Positions 1 to 13,698 of a stretch of 64,000 nucleotides of DNA are shown here, piece by piece; position 1 is the first letter of the stretch, and each line of letters begins with the position of its first letter. This DNA is from Chrysomallon squamiferum (Eukaryota; Animalia; Mollusca). The notes under the pieces are model-generated. The model ran no database searches, had not been told where the DNA came from, and saw only the letters and a list, made by a program, of their open reading frames with translations. A program made the translations under genes and the position numbers. The stretch lies in assembly GCA_012295275.1 (NCBI GenBank), contig CM022673.1, positions 9,610,001 to 9,674,000 on the forward strand, in the 5' to 3' direction.

Positions 1-870
1 TTGAATAAACTGAGATGTGTTAACAAAAGTAATTAGGTAAATAAATAAATTTATACAGTTACTGATACAACTAATTTTAATACTGTTAATATTAGTATAA
101 ATTAATAATTACTGTGTTAATCTTATTTACAAGTATTTAACTAAAGTTTTTTTTGTAATAAAACCTCTTATCACAAGCTGTACCCCCACCACCACCACTA
201 CCAATGCTGCCACTTTTCCAACAACTGCTGCTACTAATACTATTACTACTAACTACTATTACTACTGCTAATAAATAACTGCATTATTAAGTGGTAATTT
301 CTTTTGTAAAATCATAATGCAAGAGAAGAAATCAGTTAGTTGGGTTACTCTTTAGAGATTAGGAGTAAGAATTATGTTACGTTTGCTTTTCCCATATTAA
401 GGATTTCACATACTGACCTACTTCATGCCAGAGTAACTAAGTCCTTATTTATTACTTTTAATATTTTTTTTTTCTCTTTCTTACTGTTATTATTATTATT
501 CTTTTTTTTTTTTTTTTTTTTTTTTTTTGTTTGTTTGTTTTGACTGCCTAAGCCTACCATTAAAGTTGGACAGAATGAATATTCAGCTTTGTAAACTACT
601 GCACAATAAATATCATAACAAAGCCAAGTGACAGCCGATGTTTATATATAAAGAGCAGTAAATAAGATTTATGCAGACATAAGTTATTAGAGAAAGGCAG
701 TATAGCACATTTAAAACCAACATGTAAAAAATAATAATCATAAATTATGCTGGTGTTATAGGCTTTACATTGTTGATATTTTTTTTTTTTTTTTTTTTTT
801 ATTTTTTTTTTTAATGATCATGCTATTTATTTTTTTATTTAATTATTTATTTATTTTGATAATGATGATG

Positions 871-872
<2 letters not shown>

Positions 873-936
<64 letters not shown>
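873..936. repeat. (GT)n microsatellite
   Basis: About 32 perfect GT units. Confidence 0.95.
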
Positions 937-941
<5 letters not shown>

Positions 942-1312
942 TTAAATGTTAATGTCAATGTTTGTAAGTGTATGTGTGTGTGTGTATATATATATACATG
1001 TTACATTTTTTTTTTTTTTTTAGATTTTGGCATAAATCCAGAAAGGTATTTTTAAATACTTTTGTTGGTAATGTTTTAACTTTAAAAAAAAATTTTTTTG
1101 GCACAATCAGGTAAAGTTATCTGCATCTAGTAATCTATATTCTGTTCCTTTATTTATTTTTATTTATTTATTTATTTTTTTCAATTATGTAGTACACCTG
1201 TTATTGTTTAGTTCAAGGATGTATGGTTGTTGTTATTTATTTATTTTCTTCTTTTTAAAAAAATGTATTATTATTATTTTATTTATATATTTCTATTAGA
1301 TCTGGTGAATCA

Positions 1313-1356
<44 letters not shown>

Positions 1357-3723
1357 GCAATAATATTAATGATGATAATGGAAAAAATAAGAATGACAAT
1401 AAGTACATAAATATAGATAAATAACAGTCAGAGAGGATCATTAATTAAATAAATAGATAATAAAACTGATATATAAAAATATATATAAAAAAAAAAGAAT
1501 TCTCTTGATAAAAATTCAGCAGATTATACTTTTTCTTTTTTCTTTTTAAAACTTTTCTTTTAAAACATTTTTTCATCTTTACATGTGCATGTTTTTTGCT
1601 GTACTTTACAGTAGAAATTGTAATATGCCTTAGGGAAATTGCTTTTTGAAAAAAAAAAAAATACCTGCATGATTTCTTCAAAAGAGCAGGAGATTAAAAC
1701 CACTTTTTTTTTATATATATATAAACCCTGCATGTTCATTTTGATGTGTTATTTTTATTGTGGGTATCAAGTTGCCAGTGTTCTTAAAGGAAAAGTTAAA
1801 AATATTTTTGTGTATTTTTAAATATTTATTTAAAATTCTATTTGCATTAACACATTATATTATGTTGCATATATTATTAAATTTTTTAAATTCTGTATTG
1901 TATTATTACATTATGTAAATTAAAAAATTCATAAAACTACTAAACTTTCTGTCTACATAATACACAAACTCTCAGGTATACATTAAAATACAATGAACAT
2001 GAATTCTCAGATCACTGATGAAAAAGTTACTGACTTGTGATAAATAAATAAACAAATAAAATTAAAATATTACAAATGTAACTTCTTTTCATATTTTTTA
2101 GCTGTTTCTTTTCTTCATAATAATCTATAATAATTAAATTTTTATATATTTTTTAAAATTTTATTTATGAAAAAACAAATCAGAAGAGAAAGTGTATTTG
2201 AAATAAACTTTATTGGTAAAAGGTCAAATATGCCTATGTTAGGCATGCATGAATATAAATGATGACAGAAATCAACAACACCCATAATAAATAAGAAGAA
2301 TGAGAGCAATGAAGAGTGTAGAGTTAATGTTGAGTGATAAAAAATTATTATTAAGTTTAGCAAGATACTCCATCAACCTTCAGTGTTTTGTTTTCTTTAT
2401 ACTTATTATTTAAACAGGAAATTACTTCCTGCTGCTTTTTCAAGGTACGGTGAATGTTGAAAATAAATGCAAAGTTTGTTGATAGTACAATATGGGCTGT
2501 CTTTTCTTTATTTTTATACAATGACACTGAAAGATATGCCTGTAAAATAGACACTGTTCAACATTGTAAATTATGTAAGAGCAGTTATAAAACTTGATAA
2601 CTGAAGTTGACCCAATTCTCCATTATTTATTTATCTAATATTTTTTTTCTATTATTATTTTAAAAAATACAAACAAAGTATCAAAATCTTTGTACTGAAG
2701 ATTTCTACTCTGTTTTTATATTATTTGTTTATTTTATTTTATTTTATTTTTTATTTTATTTTAATTTATGGTAAGAAGTATTTATACCATAAATTCTTTT
2801 GGTCTATGCTTATCTCATGCTTTTATTTTGTTTGCTATCCTGATTAAAATTTTCTTAAGCAGTTAAAACATTTATTTTCCTTTTTATGTATTTATCTATC
2901 TAATAATTTTTTTTATATTTTATTCTTTAATTTCCAACTTTTGGCAAGTAAAAAAAAAAAACAACAACAATATTTCTTTCTCTTTTCTTTTCCAATTTCT
3001 TGTGGTTGCTTTCAATACTCTATTCATTAACTTTTTTGTCACCAAAATTTGTTTAAAAAACACTTCACATTTTTAGCACCTGTTTTACTTCTGTCATATT
3101 TGTTTCCTTTTTCAAATAAATTTTTTCCATTTTTTCTGTTTTAACACCCACATTTTTAATTTTTAAATATTGTTTCTGTCTTCAGTTTGTGTAAGTAATG
3201 TCTACACTTTTTGTGACACCCATTACTCCTGTCATTTTTTTTCTTTTGTTTTCAAAGTTTATATAAATTATTTTTTTCCATTAAAGAAAAAGAAAAAAAA
3301 AAAAAAAAATTAACATCTGTTCCTCTTCTGTAATACTTTTTTCTTCTTTTTTCAGTGTTTGTATAAATTATTTTTTTATTTTTTATTTTCAAAAAAGTTT
3401 GTATAAATAATTCCTTCTCATATTTTTTATTTTATTATTATTTAAAAAAATATTTTAAAGATTTGTAAACATAATTTCCTATCATTTTTTTTTTTTTTTA
3501 GAAAAATAATTTTTAATTTTCAATATTTTGTTAAATAATGCCTATTTAAAAAAAAAAAAAAAAAAATCCTTAATCATACAACATTTTATTTTTAAACTCC
3601 AGTTACTTCTTAAAATTAGTGCAAGTAATTACAGCTATTTCTCGTGCACCGATCTGTGATGTGGTGCGTGCGAATGTCAGTGTTGTACCTCTAATGTTGC
3701 ATGTGGTATGCCTCTCTTTCCAG

Positions 3724-3887
3724 ACTAGGATAGGTAGTCACACCCCCAGCATGGCTAGCATCTCTAGCGCTGACGAATCATTCCGCTGGCGGGGCCCCCC
3801 ACCCCAAGATCAATCGTACTTGGAAGCTGACAGTATGGGGGATCATGACACCTCAAAAATGAGCTCATATCTTTTGGACTCTTGTCT
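3724..3887 (+). CDS. delta-catenin-like exon ([15 protein letters not shown]...LLDSC)
   Basis: Pyrimidine tract + CAG acceptor, GTGAGT donor, GC-rich open frame; ends in phase 2, matching the downstream exons. Confidence 0.75.
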
Positions 3888-5080
3888 GTGAGTATAGGAG
3901 TTCTGACGTCAAGCTTTTAACACCACTGACACCCCACCCCTCCCAGAGCACTCAAGTCTGTCACTTGTCTAGATGTATTTTAGTTCTTTTGCTTATTCAT
4001 TTTTTATAAATATATATATATATATTTTTTTCAATTCTGAAAATTTTGTTCCTAATGCTGAAACTCCATTTCAAGTTCTCCTAACAGGTTAATTCAGAAT
4101 TATTATTATTTTTTTTACATTCTTCTTCTTCTTATTATTGTAATTAACAAAGCTTACAGAAAAATTAATTTACAAATCCATAAATTGCTTCACCCTCTGT
4201 TTCTAATCTGAGATTAATATTTCTTTTTTTTTTTTATGATTTTTTTTTTTTTTTCATTAAAAACATAAATTGGGATTATTCTTTAATTATTTAAATATTT
4301 CTAATAAATCTTGATTTCATTGTTTAATCGGGAGAGAAAAAACCCCCCAATAATATAGAATATTTTATGAAGATGTAAATGTTAAAGCTGAATAAATATT
4401 TGTTTTTAAAATGTTACTTGAATTTAATTAATGAAACATAATATGACCTGATACTCAAATGGTTTAATTCAGAACATTAAAATACTTAAGAACACCAAGA
4501 CAGATAAACTGAAATATTGAAATATTTGAATTGGAAAACTGAAATATTACAGTTAGAATGCTAAGACAGTTTAATTGGAACACTAGAAGAATTAGAAAAC
4601 AGAAATACTGAAACAGTTAACAAAAAACTAAAAAATTAAGCTTTTAAATAGGAAAATAATAGTGAAGACCTAGGATATTTGTATTTAAAGAGTGCAGTTG
4701 TTAAATTCTAAATGAAATACTTTAGTAAGAACACAGATGAAGTTTAATTTAATAAATCTTGTTAAAATAGAACTTGAAGTTTGGTCAGTAAAACTATCTT
4801 AACTGATGAGTCAACATTTTTTTTGTTGATCTGTGAAAGGAGAGGAATGCTTCAGACTGAAATTGGATACTGTTCAAGTTTTAATTGCAGTTGAAAGTGA
4901 TGATGTTAACAGGAGCCTTTAATCTCAAGTTTCACTTGCATAAATCATAAAAATCTTAACAGGGATTCCAAGTTATTAACTTAAAATGAAAAATCATCCT
5001 GGATTTGAACTTAAATATGAAAAGTCAGCCCACCATTGCACACATACATGCATACATACATACATACATATGCTAAATAT

Positions 5081-5136
<56 letters not shown>

Positions 5137-6527
5137 TTTATAAAGTACTAATTAACAAAGCTACGTAACAGATTATAATTTAATCACATATAATGATATA
5201 GCATAAAGAAATTAAATCAAATTAAAGTTTAAAAAAAAAAAAAAAAAAAAAGGGTATGACAGCTAATAACTATAAACATTAAGACTTGAATGTTTTAAAA
5301 TGTCATTAAAAAATCATTATGTAATATTAGCATTAGTTCTTTATGATATGCCTATTTATACAAAGTGATGAGATTTATGCTTGTATATTTATTACATAAA
5401 AACAAATACAAGGAATAGTAAATGTGTCAGTTAATAATGGCTTGTTGCATGCCTGCTGTAATGTGATGACCTGTTTAAAACATGTTGTACATGTTATGAA
5501 TGCTATTGCATGTTGCATTTGGTTTCTATATTGCTTTATAATGAGACATAATTTTGTTTTTGTTTCTGCTTTGCCTTGTTCACTTTATTCTTCTTTTTAT
5601 AATATTATATTTTTTAGTCTTTAAAAAACCTACTACTGCTACTGCTACTAATAGTAATAATAATAATAATCATAACAACAATAACAATAATTATAATTAT
5701 AAATAAAAATAATAAAAAAAAGGTCTATAAACAAAATAAAATGAACAAAAATTCACTAGTTTAGAATAGCCTGAATTAACATTATTAATTTGAATTAAAA
5801 TAAATCTGATTTTAATCTACAGAGCTTACTTTGATTACACAAAAACATTAATATTTCTAATTATTACTTTTCAGTTTTGTATCATTCATTAAAAAAAAAA
5901 AAAAAATAATAATAATAATAAAAAAATAAATAATAATAAAATGATAATAAAAACAGACAGACAGTAATTGATTCTCATATAAATGATTCAATAAATTAAG
6001 TGCATTTTTTTTTTATTAATTCATAAACACATTTACCATTTAATTGTAACATAAAATTACTTGCATGTTATCTTTTGTTGGTTATTTAGGTATATAATAA
6101 TATATCAGTGGAATCTTTTTACTCACTAGTAATAATACTGTTAGAAGTTTGCTTTCCCACACATTTGTATGTGTCGCCAACACAACAGTAGTAATTTCAG
6201 TGTGTAATGCATGGCCATAAACCAGCAAACTAACTTTTCTTTATATTTATTAAGAAAGTTCAAATAGGTTTTGCTTGAACAACTGGGTCGAATTCTTTTA
6301 AACTTGTGTCCCCCAAAAATAAGTTGTTTGTTTACTTCTTCATGTGGTAAATTAATCGCAATCTGAGATAATTTGAGGTTAGTGTTTATTTTAATAATTT
6401 CTGTTGATCAGTAAGTTGTATGTGTGTTACTTTTATTTCGGCTTTTAATAAATTCTGTTTATTCCATTTAAATTTGCAGTGTATATATTATTTTATTATT
6501 TATTTATTTGTTTATTTATTTATATAT

Positions 6528-6595
<68 letters not shown>

Positions 6596-9500
6596 ATGTT
6601 GTTGTTATTATTATTGTTACTATTATAACAGTAACTTAACAAAGTGAAGCCTTTGCTTTTATTCTAGCTTGTTGCATTTTAATTTGGCTACATCTAACAT
6701 CTAATTGCTAATAAAACGTTTTATTTTAGTTACATCTAAACGCTGTATGCTATATTCTGACATCATTAAATTTAACAGAAATGTTAAAGAAAAACTTTAT
6801 TAACTTCGACTTTGCTTTTTTGTAAAATTCTTATCTTCTTATCTGTGGCTTTTCTGTTTATTTTTAAATTATTTTATTAGATTTCCACTTGCTTATAGCA
6901 AATATTTCACTTAACTTTAAGCCTTTATTTTTAATTTTTTACATCACACAAGTTTTAACAGTATATCACCAGATGGTGTGCTTTTATTTTGCTTTGCAAG
7001 TAACTGTCTGCTTCTGTTTATCACTCATCTCTATGTCATTAATTAATGAGAAGGTTAAGAATAAGTAGTTTATAGGTTTTACCAGCTGATACTTGAAATG
7101 ATGATTATCACAAAGTTTTAGGTTGTATTGTGAGTAAGTTTGTTTTTCTTCTATTTTGTTTAAATATGTGCATGTGCATAAAAATTATTGTTTCTATTTT
7201 GAATATATATGGAAATTAAGGATGTTATTTTATTTCTTTTCAAGTAATATCCTCATGTTTCTGAAAAATTACTTAACTCCTTGTATTTATAATGTATATA
7301 CTTCATTATTTTTGCTATACCATTAGCTATATGCAAATGCATATATGAATGCACACTAGCACACTTTCACTTGCTTGCTCATATTCACACACCTATATGT
7401 TCATTGTTTTTCACAGGTATATAACTTAATATAATTATATGGTTATGCTTCTGTTTTTTTAATTATGAAGAAATATTTTTTCTAATTATAATTTGTAAAG
7501 TTAGCATATAAATGAATACTATTTTACTTTGTCAAAGCCACATAAAAGAAATATTTTCATCAAAAAACCATCTACATTGTTCTGAAAAAGATATATATAT
7601 ATATATATAAAATTACATTTATATAATGATGAAATAAATAAATTAAAATGACTTTACTGGTTATTAAAATGTTCATATTCAAGTTCATTGTGAAGATATT
7701 TATTTACACACATTAAACACTTAAGCATGCAAGAATTTGCTTATCTAAGCTTAATAACCAGTAAACGCTGTTTTAATACTTAATACCAATAGAACATTGC
7801 TGTAATTCAAAACACATTCCACATTATCTTTATTACTAGATTCAAATATAATTTTCATTATATATTTTATTGGCACTTGTTAAGTTAATGAAACCTGGTT
7901 CATGTCAAGAGTTAATTGCAAAATGCAGTTCTAATTCTGTATTACATTGCTTGCAGTACTTTGCATGATCACTACTTTTGGGTTGTCAGATATTTGCTTA
8001 TCGCTCTGTCTCAGGAGTGATAGTTCTTAGGATCTTTCCTCATTTTGATGCTTAATAGATTCTCTCCCATTCTGATCATTGTCCCATAACTAATGTTTTA
8101 AGGACATGGTATGTGTTTTAGTGTCTATGGAAAGGTGCTCTTGAAAGATCTGTTGTTGCTATTGAGAAAGAAAGTAGCCAGTGAAACAGTGACATGGGGT
8201 TTCAAGTCACAATTCATAATTCTAAAATACATGTTGACCATCTCTCAATAACAACAATAATGACAACAATAACAACAAGGATTAAACTGACATTAAATAC
8301 ATTATAATTTGAATTGAGCATTGTTAAGTATTAAGAATTCAGTTTCTGATTGTTATAGTTTTTGTTGTTGTGGTTTTGACAATTAAATGCATGTTCTTAA
8401 TTTTCATTGTGTATCACTGTCTTGTATATATGTATGTATGTATGTATGTATGCTTGCTTGCTTGTTTGTTCATGTGTATTGTTTTTGTTCTGTTGTACAG
8501 GCAGGAACAGGAAAAAAGGGGAACGATGAATACTGGGTACGTGCGGTAAGGCAAACTTTTCATATTTGTTCGAGTCCTCTCTTTTTAATGACAAGATTAT
8601 TCCTTGGCTGTCCTGAGTGGAAGCTTCCGTTGTTTCTCATCGCTAACTCAGTTTTTGGTTTGCCCTCTTTCACTTTTTAAATTATGTTTTCATCTTGCAT
8701 GCGTTTTGTTTCTGCAGTACGTTTTCTATCTGTTCTGACTTCTGTTTGCATCTTGTGCTGCATCTTGTCGTTAAGCTTATCTGTCTTAACTATTCATGAT
8801 TTTTATTTTCTTCTTCTTATTATTCTAACAAGATTTTATTTTATTTTATTTTTTTATTTCTGTTCTTTCAGTTTTTGAAGTATGTTTATTTAAATTTTTT
8901 TTTTATTTTATTTTTATTAATTGGAATATCTTTTATTAATTTTTTATTTCATTTTTGTTAATATTTGGAAAATTTGTAAAATTTAATTTGTTTCTCGTAA
9001 TATTTGTTGTATTTTATTCTATTTTGTTTTTTCAAAATGATCAATAAAATTGTTATTTAATTGTGTGAAGTATTTTACTCAACAGATAAATATTAATGTT
9101 TTAAGTTCAAATGTCAAACATGATTGCAGTGCTGGTCACCTCAGCTCATTTTTCATTTATGTTTAATTGAAAAATACTTTGACCGTTTGCCAATAAATTT
9201 TGATACCTGGCCAATGACCCATCACATCCCAGATTACAATGTCTGACAAACAAACATGGAGTTTTCATGTAATACAGTGGTAAAGAATCAAAATACCTAA
9301 GTATTACAGTATTTCCTGAGGACCAGTTAGTTGTACGATCAGTCCTTATCAGTATGCATATTGGCTAATTTCCCATTCCAAAATATACAACACAAAAGTT
9401 ATATTAATGTCTATGATAGGTGCTTCCTTTCTGAAGAATTGTACATCATTCATTTCCTGGAAACTAATAATAACATAATAAATAAAAAAAATCCTACGAT

Positions 9501-10039
9501 TGTTGTCACAATCCTAATGAGGCAAATCTTCAAATGTGATTTCAGTTTATTTTAGTAGATGATATTTATGATTCTTGTGATGATTTAATGTTATTAGCTT
9601 CTACTCCTTATTATTCCATTACTAAATCAGTTTTGTATTGTCTCAAAATAGCTAATCAGAGCTTCTGAGATAAATGTTTTATCTTTAATCTAAACTAGTT
9701 ATGATATATTTTGAATATCTCCAGCTTATTTACTTCTTTAAAGTTGCCTATGTTAATAATAAAATGATAAATAAAAACTTTTGATAATTTATGCAGGTTG
9801 TGATTTTGGTAATGGTAGTAGTTAAAATCAAATACCTGACAGACTGAGGAAATAGTATATTTGTTGAGATTTACTCAGTCCATTAGGATTTTTGGTTTTT
9901 AATTTACCTGACTTTTGTTGTTATACTTTATTATTATCAAAGATTGGATTGGGGTAAAAAAAATTAAGTTTGAAATGTGGTATTTTGGTAATTTGTATTG
10001 ACCATGAAAGTGATATTTAAATTTTTTTGTTGAAATAAT

Positions 10040-10096
<57 letters not shown>

Positions 10097-10130
10097 TAGT
10101 GTTAGAGAGAGAGAGAGGGAGAGAGAGAGA

Positions 10131-10186
<56 letters not shown>

Positions 10187-11375
10187 GATATATATATTCT
10201 TTGCACTTTTGTGTTTGGTTTTTAACAGATGTATTCCCTTCACAAAATAAACATGGAAATCAACAAATATACAGACCTAAACTTTTCTTTCTGACATTTT
10301 CTTTCAAAGAAAATAGCAGCTAAATATTTAACCTCAGCTAAGAAAACAAGATTCTGTTTTTCACTTTGTGTGAGAATGCTAAAAATGTTATGTATATACC
10401 CATTGTTACAGACAAGTTTGTCTGTGTATAAAAATCTGAACTAAATACAAATTTATTAAATATTATTAAGACAAATACAAACTCATTATTAAAGATTATA
10501 GACAATTACAACAGCATATAAATATATTAAATATTTTCATATATAATTATAACATACAAACATAATAAATATTACCATACTCACAGACAAGTTTAATAAC
10601 AAATAAACTTTATAAATATTGTCATAGACATTTACAAGAATATATAAACGTAGTAAATATTGTCAAAGACAAGCTTAATTACACATACACTTATTATATA
10701 TTGTTAATATCATTATAACAGTGTAATAGCCTATTAATATTGTCATAGAAAAGCTTATAAAAGTAAGCAAATAACAACTAATGTTATATGAATAAGTTTT
10801 AGAAAATATTTATATAATTGCTTTTATTGCAAACAATTAAGATCAATAATGTTTTTTTCTAAAATTCAAAAGCTAGTTCTTTTTCTATGGGAGTCATTTT
10901 TGTAAATTTAGCATGCATTGTTTCTATTCAGAAAGGATTTAAAATCAGTAATAGAAAATATAATTTTTATATGGGTTTGTGGGTTTCTATAATAAAAGCA
11001 AGAAAGAAGAATTGATTGTACATGCTGCAGTATATTTAATTAAGAGATGGTAATTTAAAACACTTTTTTAAAAATTATAACACTGATACTTGACATTTTG
11101 TATTCATGAATAGTGACAAAAGAATTTTATTTATTTCAATTTGTTTCTGTCTTTTTTATCATTGTTCTGATTTAATTTTTTTTTTCTTTGATTTGTTTCT
11201 GTAATGGATACATGGACTCTTTTGTATTTAATTTTTTTCCTTTTTTCTTCTGTTTATTTAAATTTTTAAACAATTTCCTCTCTTTATTTCTCTTTCACAC
11301 ACTCTATCTTCCTCCTCTCTTTTCTTTCCTATACTCTTCCTTCCCCCTCTCATTTTATCTCACTGTCCATTTTCT

Positions 11376-11466
<91 letters not shown>

Positions 11467-12251
11467 TCACTTTCTTCATTCTCTTCCTCTTTTTTTATCA
11501 CTTATCTCTCATTCCTTATTTTCTCTCTTTTTTCCCACTAATTTAATATAAAAAAAACCCAATAATTTGTTCTGTAAAACAACAATACCAAGCCCAAAAT
11601 GAAGTTAGAAACTTTAAGCAAGAAGATGTACAGGAGTTCACATTGATTGTACGTGACGTGATAGTAAACCATCATACTGCCAGGAATCTGCACACTTAAT
11701 TTGTATTGATCACCATGAACAAATACTGTCGAATCTGTCGATTGTTGCCAGAACAAACAGTTTTCTGTTTGCTGGCAAACAAAAAAGGACAGTAGATGAT
11801 GCATGCGGCAAAAACTTGGATAAAGATCTTCCCTAGAATTTGTTACGTTGCGTTTGTTCTGTCGTTTAGTGGTTGGTTGATTAATGTGTATTTGCAGTTA
11901 TTACTGATGGTGTTCTGTTGTTGAAGAGTTGGTTGTTTAATGCATATCTCTACTCGTTACTGGTAATGAAGAGGAGGAGAAAAACATTTAATGTGCCTTA
12001 ATAGAATAATCATGATGCGTGGTAATGATATGGGTTGTTGATGCAGCGTGTGTCTGGTTATGATGACTTGCAAAACAGGTTGTTTTTTTAATGTGTTGTG
12101 TCAGTGAGGAATTTGGTTTATGCAGTGGATTGTGGTAGAGATTTGTGTGTTATGTATATATTGATGAATATATGTGTGCATGTGTGCATCTGCTGATGTT
12201 TGTAAGTTGTGGCTACTTTATATAAACATAATTGTTATTTTTGTAGGAGTG

Positions 12252-12322
<71 letters not shown>

Positions 12323-13647
12323 TGAACATGTTTGTTTATAATACACATATATGTTACAATAGTCTGTAGTCAGCTTGGTTTTAAAATAAAACAGATTAAA
12401 CAATATTCACATGGTACTATAAATAAATCGTGCTCGATTCATCTCTTGAACTGTTTACCTCAACTATCTTATTTAAAAAAGTGGCATATCATTTACATCT
12501 GTCTGATAAATAGCTGATGTTTCTTAATATTAAAACTTTTTGAGATATCATTAAAGAATGTTTTTCATTATATCCTTATAATAAAAACATTCTTTAATGA
12601 AAATCTCAGATTTTACCTTTCATCATTTCTAAGCAAAAGCTTTTTCATTTCACTTTTTCTTTTGAATTAAGCTTTCAGTACTGGCTTTACCTTAACAAAT
12701 TAAGCTTCACTTGCATGTAACTTCAAGCTTGCTTTGTTAATGAAAGTTGATTATTTTATAGATTTTGACTTTGTTTTGGTCCCTGTAATAATCTCATTTT
12801 TTAAAATTTTAATTTTTAAGTTTTATAAATGCAATGATGCAGAGTACTTGCTTCCTAATTTGTGTTTGTTTTATAAAATGATGTTGTAACAGACATGATT
12901 TCTTAATACTTGGTTATTCTTCTGTTATGATTTTGATAATAATATTGTAGTTATATCCTTGGACATTCAACTGAAAGACCAATTTCAATTTTAAATGTTA
13001 ATATTATTATTATATAGTGTTATAGCATTTTTGGTGCACTTCTACATAAAATAACTAAAACAAAGTTTTAACAAATATTATTTATAGAAATGTAGCTAAA
13101 GGAATTATTGCTACATCTATATATATATATATAAACTGAAATTTCTGATTTGTTATTAAACATCCACATGTGATATATAAACATGTACATCTATGAATGT
13201 ATAATGTATATATTCTCCATGTTCTTGCATATACATCATTCTGACATAATATTTAAACAGTAAAATAGCAAATGTCCTTTCCATTACTTCTTGAAAATAT
13301 CTTACAGTAATAATATCTACCTGAACAAAAAATAGAAAAACTTATAACCAATTTTCTTGTGTGTTGCTGGTTTTGGTTGTTTTTTTTGTTTTCTATTTTG
13401 GTGGTGGTCTAGACAAAATCTCTGTTCATCTTACTTTTAAACTTTATTGTTAACAAAGGTTGATAGAGAATAAATGTAAAACTCTTACTTGAAAATATGA
13501 GGAATGTAATATTAGCTTTGTAAAACCTCACTTCTGTGTTTAAGTAGTGATGATGTAGTTATGATAATATGAAGGTAGAAACTAGCTAGCACAAGTACCA
13601 AGCCACCATCTTGTTTTTTATATTTTAGGAAGGGAAAACAAAAATCA

Positions 13648-13698
<51 letters not shown>

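Noticed and set aside
1024-1045. Candidate 22-nt microexon after a poly-T + AG
   Set aside because: Poly-T runs are ubiquitous here and the peptide is uninformative; the upstream phase cannot be tested.
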